From Verrucomicrobiota bacterium (lineage in GTDB: Bacteria; Verrucomicrobiota; Verrucomicrobiia; Chthoniobacterales; Chthoniobacteraceae): 64,000 bases of DNA. A program made the position numbers and the translations under genes. Within the stretch, counting starts at the first letter, position 1, and each line of letters begins with the position of its first letter. Where the stretch lies: NCBI GenBank assembly GCA_037975925.1, contig JBANFR010000002.1:4041-68040 (forward strand), written 5' to 3'. Shown here in pieces: positions 27,347-35,200 of this stretch. Below the pieces are notes generated by a model that saw nothing but the letters and a program-made list of their open reading frames with translations, ran no database searches and was not told the origin of the DNA.

Positions 27347-27378
27347 AGAGCCCGCGCTGGATATCTGGCGCGGGCTCT
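27347..27378. terminator. GC-rich hairpin between convergent genes (possible terminator)
   Basis: agagcccgcgc / gcgcgggctct is an 11-bp stem with a 10-nt loop, lying between the ThuA stop (27313) and the GT41 gene stop (27385). The T-tract is weak. Confidence 0.35.
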
Positions 27379-27384
27379 GGCGTT

Positions 27385-29487
27385 TCAGTGGGTGTCCGTC
27401 AGGGGCGGGTGGCGCCGTGCGCTTTGCAGCAGGCGGGCGTAGGTCCCTTCGAGTTCCGGGACGAAGACCTCGGCTCGGGTAAAGTGATGAGCGACGCGTT
27501 CTCGCAACCGAGGGCGGAGGCTGAGCAGAGGCTCAGGATGAGTCGCCAGCGTGACCGCTTGGGCGATGTAATCCTCCTTGGTGGAGGTTACAAATTCTGG
27601 AAGCCCAAGCCTTTGAAGGATGGCGGCGGCTGCTCTTGCGGGAGGCGTGTTCCCTGCAAGCGTGACACAGGGGACTCCCATCCAGCAGGAGAGAAGGGTG
27701 ACGGTGAGTCCGTTGTAGGGAAAAGGATCGAGACAGAGGTCCAACTCGGCGTGTGCGGCGAGGTAGGCGGGCATGGATTGCCGGGGCATTTCCGTGATGC
27801 GTTCCGGGGCGATCCCTGCCTCGAGGAGGGTTTTGGTCAGCGTATTTCCGGCCCGCCCAAAAAATAAAAACCGCGATTGGGGGGCGGCCTGGAGAATCTG
27901 AATCCAAGTTTGAGCGACCTCGTTGGTGACCTTGATCAGTTCGTTGGTGCAACCGAAGGTAAACGGACGGCCCCGGCTGACCGGTGACGCGGCGACTGCA
28001 GGTGCCTCTGTGGGAGGTGAAAAAACGAAGGCACCGCTTTGGAGACGGACCCGTTGCTCGGTGTGATAGGCCTTGTCGGAGTCGTCCGGATCCAGGAAGG
28101 GGTCTGTGATCCGGTAGCCCATGGACTGGAGGCCGGTGGTCTGCATGAGCCCGAGCATGGTGATTTGAACCGGGGCGGGACGATAAGCGAAGGCGGGGAG
28201 GCGGTTGCCGGAGGTGTGGTTGGAGCAATCGACGAGGATATCGATCCGGTCGGACTGGATGAGCTGGGCGAGAGCCTGGTCATCGAGGGAGTGGATTTCG
28301 CGCCATTGATCGGCGTGGCCGCGGAGTCGGTGAGTGACGGCGTCCTGATTGGGGTGGTTGGAGTAGCAGAAGATTTCGAAGCGGGATCGGTCGTGGGAGC
28401 GCAGGAGTGGCTCGACAAAAAAGGCGATCGAGTGGTTGCGGAAATCGGCGGAAACGTAGCCGACGCGGATGCGGGAGGAAGTGACGGGGGTTTCGAACCG
28501 TTGGGCGAATTGTTGAAATTGAGCGAAGTGCGCTTCGGGATTGCGGATTTGGAGGTAGTTGAGCGCCTGGAGGAGTTGGCTGTGGACGACAGGGTCTTGA
28601 GGGGAAAGCTCGAGAGAATGTTGGAGAGCGCGGATGGCTTGTTCGTGTTCGCCCACCTGCATGAGGCCTCCGGCGAGAAAGCGGAGCGGTGTGGGCCAAT
28701 CGGGGCGCAGGGTCGAGGCAGCAAGCAAGTGGTTGATGCCGTCCTGGGTTTGTTCGAGGTCGATTTGAGTGGTGCCGAGTCGGAGATGTGCGCTGGCATT
28801 TTCCGGGTTGAGTTCGAGGGCGGCTCTGAAACAGGCGGTTGCGGCGCTCGGATCGGGGATTCGGTTGAGGAGATCACCGAGTTGGATGAATAGAATTTCA
28901 GCGGTTGGTCGGACTTGGATTGCGCGACGGAGGACCTTGCAAGCCGAGGCAAGGTCTCCTGAGCGTTGAAGAGCGGCGGCGCAAGGGCCTGGGGAAATGA
29001 TCGAAGCAGGGGTGGAGTGGAGTGCTCGCTGAAGGAGGGAGATGGCTTGGGCGAGGCGATTTTCTTCGAAGGCGGTGACTCCAGCGCGTGCTTCCGCCGG
29101 CTCGCAGACCGAGGCGAGGGTGAGGTGGGATTGAGCGCGCTCGGTCTGGCCGAGTGCGGCGAGAATTTCGGAAAGGAGTTGCTGTACTGCGGGCTGATTT
29201 CGTGGGCACTCCAACGCAATTTCGGCAAAAGGGAGAGCGGCCGCGTGCTGCTTTCGGTGGTGCAAGAGAGCGGCGAGCAGGCGGGAGGATTCCACGGCTT
29301 CCGCGCCGTTTTGAAGGGCTTTGATCAGGGTTCTTTCGGCTTCGCGGAACTGGCCGATCAGGCAGGAAAGTTTGGCGAGTCCGAGCAGCGCGACAGGATC
29401 TTCCGGGTTGGCTTGAAGGGCGGCTTTGAGAAGGGCCGCAGCGGCTGCAAAATCGCCGGAGTCGAGGAGGTCGGTGATGGGATTCAT
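27385..29487 (-). CDS. TPR-repeat protein with a C-terminal SPINDLY/GT41-like (O-GlcNAc-transferase-like) glycosyltransferase domain
   Basis: The N-terminal ~330 aa are TPR-like repeats. The C-terminal block is RIRVGYVSADFRNHSIAFFVEPLLRSHDRSRFEIFCYSN...IDILVDCSNHTSGNRLPAFAYRPAPVQITMLGLMQTTGLQSMGYRITDPFLDP...LDPFPYNGLTVTLLSCWMGVPCVTL. This matches the bacterial COG3914/Glyco_transf_41 pattern. The start is taken at ATG 29487; the track start at 29553 is TTG. Confidence 0.8.
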   Translation of the reverse strand: MNPITDLLDSGDFAAAAALLKAALQANPEDPVALLGLAKLSCLIGQFREAERTLIKALQNGAEAVESSRLLAALLHHRKQHAAALPFAEIALECPRNQPAVQQLLSEILAALGQTERAQSHLTLASVCEPAEARAGVTAFEENRLAQAISLLQRALHSTPASIISPGPCAAALQRSGDLASACKVLRRAIQVRPTAEILFIQLGDLLNRIPDPSAATACFRAALELNPENASAHLRLGTTQIDLEQTQDGINHLLAASTLRPDWPTPLRFLAGGLMQVGEHEQAIRALQHSLELSPQDPVVHSQLLQALNYLQIRNPEAHFAQFQQFAQRFETPVTSSRIRVGYVSADFRNHSIAFFVEPLLRSHDRSRFEIFCYSNHPNQDAVTHRLRGHADQWREIHSLDDQALAQLIQSDRIDILVDCSNHTSGNRLPAFAYRPAPVQITMLGLMQTTGLQSMGYRITDPFLDPDDSDKAYHTEQRVRLQSGAFVFSPPTEAPAVAASPVSRGRPFTFGCTNELIKVTNEVAQTWIQILQAAPQSRFLFFGRAGNTLTKTLLEAGIAPERITEMPRQSMPAYLAAHAELDLCLDPFPYNGLTVTLLSCWMGVPCVTLAGNTPPARAAAAILQRLGLPEFVTSTKEDYIAQAVTLATHPEPLLSLRPRLRERVAHHFTRAEVFVPELEGTYARLLQSARRHPPLTDTH

Positions 29488-29554
29488 GGACGGGACGTTG
29501 GCCTGAAGAAGGGGTGGATGGGTGAAGGGACAGGAGGAATGCGAGGGGGACAAA

Positions 29555-29585
29555 CAAAAAACGCCTCTTTGAGGGAGGCGTTTTT
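29555..29585 (-). terminator. rho-independent terminator between the small TPR gene and the 700-aa TPR-GT41 gene
   Basis: On the minus strand, aaaaacgcctc / gaggcgttttt form a stem with a 7-nt loop, followed by TTTTTTGTTTG. It is flanked by an A-tract and a T-tract, so it is potentially bidirectional. Confidence 0.65.
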
Positions 29586-29654
29586 CAGCACAGAAACTGC
29601 CGAATTCGAGGGGTCTTATAGGCCTTATGCGAGGCCGTAGCCCAGAGGAACGAC

Positions 29655-30113
29655 TCAGGCCGGAACCTGCTCTGGAACGGGAGCGGGAGCCTCGGCTTCG
29701 GGGGTGGCGGAAAGCCCCGCGAGCGTGGCGAGATCCGAGGCGCGTCCCAAGGCGGACAGGAGGGCGGTCGCTTCAGAGCGGAGTTCTGCACTTGCCGGGT
29801 TGGCATGAACGCTCGCGAAGAGGAGATCGGCTGCCTCTTCGTGGCGCTGAACATTTTTGAGAATGGAGGAGATTTTCAGCACGGTGGGTACGTCCGGCCA
29901 ATCGGGATCGATGGAGTCGGCCAGCAATGCCAGAGCGCTTTCGTGTTGGTGGACCGAGAGCATTGCTTCGGCAAGGCTCCGGAGGGCCTGTGGATGTCCC
30001 GGGCTGATTTCGAAAATTTCGCGGAAAACGTTCGAAGCTTGAGGCAGTTCTCCCCGCGCGACCAAGGAATTGGCGTCATGGAGGAGTTGGGAGATTCTTT
30101 CTTGCTGTGGCAT
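29655..30113 (-). CDS. small TPR-like helical protein (152 aa), function unknown
   Basis: Start at the internal ATG at 30113 (MPQQERISQLLHDANSLVARGELPQASNVFREIFEISPGHPQALRSLAEAML...). It has helical-repeat character and a Pro/Ala/Glu-rich tail. The longer track ORF has an R/P-rich, non-protein-like N-terminus. Confidence 0.45.
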   Translation of the reverse strand: MPQQERISQLLHDANSLVARGELPQASNVFREIFEISPGHPQALRSLAEAMLSVHQHESALALLADSIDPDWPDVPTVLKISSILKNVQRHEEAADLLFASVHANPASAELRSEATALLSALGRASDLATLAGLSATPEAEAPAPVPEQVPA

Positions 30114-30192
30114 GGGGCGGAGGGCAGCAGAAAGGGTGCCAGACCAGTCGGGGGGGTGCTGCAAGGGTTTCCGAGCGGCCTCTTTGCGCGAA

Positions 30193-32268
30193 TCAGGCGG
30201 GATCGTTTGGAGGAACGGGTCCCCCCTCGGGCGCGTGGGCGGTGGGGGGCGAACCGAAACGGTGGCGAAACAGGGCATCGCTCCTCGACCATTCGGGGTC
30301 GTCGAGACTGCGCAGACCCGGGGAAGCATGGATCAGGTGAATGGGAAACACTCCGGCGGTCATGCCCTTGCGCTTGGCGTCAAGGGAGGCCACGAGGTCG
30401 TAATGGTGGAAGCGAAATTGGGTGTCGAACCGCCATCCCACAGCCATGGCGGAGGGCAGATGGACCCCGAGGAAAAGCCCATCGAGCAGTTCGACGGTGC
30501 TTGGGCTGGGGCCAAAGCACACGCTGGTCTGGGTGCGTTGTTCGGCCTCAAAATGCCCGGCAGCCCCGCGCAGTTGGTCGCGCGGACACATCAGGTGCCA
30601 CAGCGATGGATAAACGATGGCGGGTTGCGACCCTCCGGCCACGCCGATCAGATGAAAGCCGTGCTTCTTGTGCGCTCTTTCCAATTTCAGAGTCAGCTGG
30701 GGGTCGTCGATGAACACGTCGTCGTGCACAAAAACCGCGAAGCGGTACCCGGCGTGTGCGGCGGCTTCGAGTTTTGCGTTGTAGACTTCCGGAAGTCCCA
30801 GGCGGTTTTCGAAGGTGAGGTCGAGGTCCACCCCGGAGTTTGGGTGGCCAAAGTTTTGACGAAAAGACCTGACCAAGAGGAGGCCTTCTGCGGCGCTTGC
30901 GGGTTTGCTGGAGCAGGAGACGAGGAGCGTTTTTCCGTGCAAGGAGGAGCCGGTGCTGCCGGGCCACAGGATTTCGGGAGGGGCCTCGTGGGCGAGCGCG
31001 AGGCCTTGGCTTAGGAGTTCCGTGGCCAGGTCGCTGTGTCCGGCGGCCTCCAGAAGGCGGCCGAGCTGGAGGTAAGCCTGTGGTTGGCGGGGGGCTTTCT
31101 GGACGGCGATTTGCGAGAGGCGTGCCGCGTCGGAGATCCGCCCTGCGGAGAGGAGGAGTTCTGCCAGGGTGTGGGCGAGGAGCGGGTGATCGGGGCAGGC
31201 GTCGAGCGCCCTTTGGAGGAGTGCGACGGCCTCCTGTGGGGCTTTACCTCCGGCTTTCAGGAGGGCCAGCACCAGAGCAAAGTGCGGGTTTTGCGGATGC
31301 GCTTCCTGAAGGCGTTTGTAAGCCGCAATTTCCCTCTCCAAGTTTGGTCGCGCATGGAGTTCAAGAAGTAGGCGATGCGGGGCGCATTGGACGGAAAAGG
31401 GGATTTCTGGGCCGATGGGCAACGGGGTGGAATCGGAGTCCGGAGCGGGCCAATGGCAGCTGGCGGCGAGAGCCTTGGGGGACAGTCTTTCAGAGATACC
31501 GAGCTCTGCGGCTCCCCAGGAGCGGGCGCACTCGGCCTGCAGTGGTGGACGGAACAGCCAGGACGGGAGTCCTTCCGTCGTGTGCGTTGGATCTCCGGGA
31601 AGCGGGGGAAGGAGAGAGACTCGGGCGCCGCGGAAGGCCGCGTGCGGGAGCCAATGCCCGGGGCGATTGCCGCTGACGAAGGTGGCTTCGCTAAAAAGCC
31701 GGGCTGCTTCCCTCAGGGAAGCGGCGCACAGGAGATTTTCTTCAAAGGGGAGGAACTCCACCCCTTGATGGCGCAAGTCGCTCAGAGATTCGGCGGCGGC
31801 TGCATGGAGGTGTGGGGGAAGGCAAACAACGATGCGTTGCAGCAATTTTCCCAAAGGCAGGAAGGGCGAGACCGAAGCCGCTACGAGGGCAGTCAGTGAG
31901 GCGAGTTGCGCGGGGTCAGGGGAAAGCAGGAGGAGTAGGCTTTGCGGGATTCGCGGCGTCTCGGGGTCGGGAAGGTAGACTGCGGGAAGTCCCATGGCGG
32001 TCACCTTTGCGTAACCTTGGGAGCGGAGCATTTCGGCGCGGGAATGCCGGGCGACACGGAGGTGATTGTGGATGCCTCCCGGGACCGGGCCTCCGAAAAG
32101 CTCCGACTCCGAAGGGGGCGTTTGGCTTGAGGGAATCCAGCGGGTTTGCCAAACCCCGTCAGGGAAGGCCGGGTGGGCAGACGTTCGGCACCAGGCCGTG
32201 AACAGGGACCCGAGATCAAACTCGGGATGGAACCAAGTGACGGCGCGTGGGGTCGGGTTGGAATTCAT
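30193..32268 (-). CDS. three-part protein: unknown N-terminal domain, central TPR repeats and a C-terminal GT-A-like glycosyltransferase domain
   Basis: 691 aa. TPR-like repeats occupy about residues 300-450 (LQRALDACPDHPLLAHTLAELLLSAGRISDAARLSQIAVQKAPRQPQAYLQLGRLLEAAG). The C-terminus LPEVYNAKLEAAAHAGYRFAVFVHDDVFIDDPQ...LIGVAGG resembles the GT-A pattern YN..i..a...d.lvFvHdDv (DxD-like HDD). Confidence 0.6.
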   Translation of the reverse strand: MNSNPTPRAVTWFHPEFDLGSLFTAWCRTSAHPAFPDGVWQTRWIPSSQTPPSESELFGGPVPGGIHNHLRVARHSRAEMLRSQGYAKVTAMGLPAVYLPDPETPRIPQSLLLLLSPDPAQLASLTALVAASVSPFLPLGKLLQRIVVCLPPHLHAAAAESLSDLRHQGVEFLPFEENLLCAASLREAARLFSEATFVSGNRPGHWLPHAAFRGARVSLLPPLPGDPTHTTEGLPSWLFRPPLQAECARSWGAAELGISERLSPKALAASCHWPAPDSDSTPLPIGPEIPFSVQCAPHRLLLELHARPNLEREIAAYKRLQEAHPQNPHFALVLALLKAGGKAPQEAVALLQRALDACPDHPLLAHTLAELLLSAGRISDAARLSQIAVQKAPRQPQAYLQLGRLLEAAGHSDLATELLSQGLALAHEAPPEILWPGSTGSSLHGKTLLVSCSSKPASAAEGLLLVRSFRQNFGHPNSGVDLDLTFENRLGLPEVYNAKLEAAAHAGYRFAVFVHDDVFIDDPQLTLKLERAHKKHGFHLIGVAGGSQPAIVYPSLWHLMCPRDQLRGAAGHFEAEQRTQTSVCFGPSPSTVELLDGLFLGVHLPSAMAVGWRFDTQFRFHHYDLVASLDAKRKGMTAGVFPIHLIHASPGLRSLDDPEWSRSDALFRHRFGSPPTAHAPEGGPVPPNDPA

Positions 32269-32283
32269 GCGTGGAGCCGTGAG

Positions 32284-35200
32284 TTACTGTGCTTTGGCGC
32301 ACCATTCAGTCCAAATGCGCCGGAGATGCTGCTCGAATTCGCGGACATACGCCTCCGTGTTGGCCAAGTGATGCTTGCAGCGCGAACGGAGCGAGGCCCG
32401 AACCTTCCCCAGAAAAGTCCAGTCCTTCGCCAAACGGACGGTGGCTTCTTCGTAGGCGGCCTCGTCCCGGGCCACAAATTCGGGGAGTCCCAGCCGACGC
32501 ATGATCGCCGATCCGGCGCGTCCGGCAGCACAGTGGCCCTCGATGGTGATGCTGGGAACACCCATCCACGCCGCGATGGAGTCGATGGTGAGCCCTGTGT
32601 AGGGAAAGGCGTCGAGGAGCAGATCGGTGCGCTGGTGCAGTGCCAGATACTCTTTCCTCAAAAGAACCCCCACCGGTTCAATGCGTTCAGGCGCGATGCC
32701 GAGGTTTGCCAGTGCATCACGAATGGTTTCCGGACTGCGCCCGACGACGATGAGGCGTGAGTCGGGGATGCGATGAAGAATCTTCGCCCAGACGGCGAGG
32801 ACCGTGGGTTTGATTTTTGCGAGGTTGTTGAAGGAGCCGAAGGTGAGGTGACCGTTTTGCAGGGCGGGGAGAGGATTGACGGGGGGGGCGTCCGCGATGG
32901 GTTCAAGGCAAAAAGCCCCGGCCTCCATGCGAATGAGCGTCTCCGTGTGCAGATGCTCGGTTTGCCCGACGGGATCCATCCACTGGTCGGAGAAGCGGTA
33001 GTCCATGGAGCGGAGTCCCGAGCTCTGCATGCAACCAATCATCGTGACCTGAATGGGCGCGGGTTTGTGTCCGAAGAGAAGGACGCGGTTTCCCGCGGTG
33101 TGGCCTGAAAAATCAATGAGGATGTCGATTTGATCGGCCCGGATGCGCTCCGCGACGGCGGAGTCGGAGTGGCCGAGAATGGGACGCCAATGGTCCACAG
33201 AGCGGCGCAGTCGCAGGCTGACGGGATCTTCGATGGCGTAGTTGTAGTAACAAAACACCTCGAACTGGTCGCGATTGTAGCCGCGCAGCAGGGGTTCGGC
33301 GAAGTAGTGAACGGAGTGTTCGCGGAGATCAGCGGAGACGTAGCCGATCCGCAGTTTGCGTTCGGGGTCCCGGAGATTGGGGTGAGGGGTGGCGCGGCGG
33401 AGGTAGGGGGTCTCGAAGCGTTCGCTGAACTCCCGGTACTTTTGGAATATCTCCTCCGGGGTGACGGTTTCCTCGTAGTTTAGACAAAAAATGAGGCTGC
33501 TGAATGCGCCTTGGGAGGAAGGGTTGAGTTCGAGGGCCTTTTCAAAGAGGGAGATGGCCTCGGTATTCTTGCCCATTTGGACCAAGTTGGACCCCAGGTT
33601 GAGGTAGCCCATGAACCAATTCGGCGCGATCTGAATCAGTTCGCGGAACACTTTCTCCGCCGCGGCAAAGTCTCCCTTCTGGCGCAGTGAAACTCCTAAA
33701 TTATTGATTGCGGTCGTATTACGCGGCTCCAAGCGGAGTGCGCTCCGGAGAACCTCAATGGCCTCGTCATTCTGGAACAGTTCCTTGAGTGCGGCGCCCA
33801 GATTGATCCGCGGCTCGGCTTTTTCGGGGTGTAATCCGACGGCCGTCCGGAGGGATTCCACGGCCTTCGAGAAGCGTCCGCAGTTGATGTAGGCGACGCC
33901 CCGCGCGAAGTGGGCGGAATAGGATTCCGGCCAGGGGTGATCTTTCGGATTGAGCACCTCCAAAGCCTCGAGGGGCTGGTCGAGGACCTTGAAGAGAAAC
34001 GCCCCCAAGCCCTGGCGCAGCCCTGCGTTGTCCGGCGCAATTCGGAGCGCTTCGCGGTAAGCGGTCTCGGCCTCCGCAAACCGCTCCAAAGCGCGGAACG
34101 TGTCTCCCAAACGCAGCAGAGTCTTGAGGTCGTTCGGGTCTTTTTTCGCAAGGATCTGGCTCACCTCCAGCGACTCCCGGTGGCGGCCGATGGAGCTGAA
34201 GAGTTCCGCGACGGAAGCCAGGATGGCCGGGTCGTCGTGTGCAAGCGTTGCGGCGGTTTGCAAATCATTCGCGGCCCTTTCGGGTTGCGCCTGCTGGATG
34301 GAGACGGAGGCGAGCAGCAGGAGCGGCTCGGGTTCCCCAGGGGTTCGGCGGTGCCAGTGCTCGAGTTCGTGGGTTGCTTCATTCAAAAGTCCCGTGGCGA
34401 GAAGTGTTTTTGCAATAATCCTCGTTTGAGTGAGTTGTGTGTCAAAAGAGTGCTGATCGCGGTTGGCCTCGCACCATTCCGCCCACAGTCCCAAGAGGCG
34501 TCCTTCCAGTTCCCGCGTGAATCGAGATGCGTCGCAAAAGCGCTCCCGAACCCTGTTCCGCAGCGAAATTCGGTCCGGCAACAGGCTCTCCGGGGTCCGA
34601 GCAACCTCGAGCGCAATTTCGACATAGTGCTCGGGAGTTTTCGCAATCCACCCCTCCAGACCAAGTTGGGCGTTGATGGCGCTGGCGCTGCGCGCCACGG
34701 AGTGTTCCCCCTCCAGGCTGAGGCACGGCACCCCCATCCATGCCGCAAAGAGGGTTCCCGTCAGTCCGCTGTAGGGGAAGGTATCGAGGAGGACATCGAC
34801 TTCGGAATGAAGCTCGAGGTAGGCCTGCAGCGGTCGACGTTCCAGGACAATGAGGCGCTCCGGGGCGATCCCCAAAGACTGGAGAGCCTGTGCGGCGCGG
34901 TTCCTCTTTTCCCCGACCATGAGGAGACGCGTGTTCGGCGCTTGGGTGAGGATTTGGGCCCAGCATTCGAGCACCCGAGCGCTGATCTTTGCCGAATTGT
35001 TGAAGGAGGCGAAGGTTACTCCCTGACCTTTGGAAAACGGCGCAGGACTGACTTCGGGACCGTTTGGCGGGGGCCAAAAGCAGAAGGCTCCGGAGTCGAG
35101 GCGGAGCAATTTTTCAGAGTGGAAAGCCTCCGTCTGGCCTGCCGGGTCGAGAAAAGCGTCCGTGATCCGGAAGTCGATGGACGACAGCCCGGTCGTCTGC

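Noticed and set aside
25881-27384. tRNA-Pro as a possible genomic-island integration site.
   Set aside because: No integrase, no direct repeat of the tRNA 3' end and no mobility genes lie downstream. The next gene is an ordinary ThuA-family gene.
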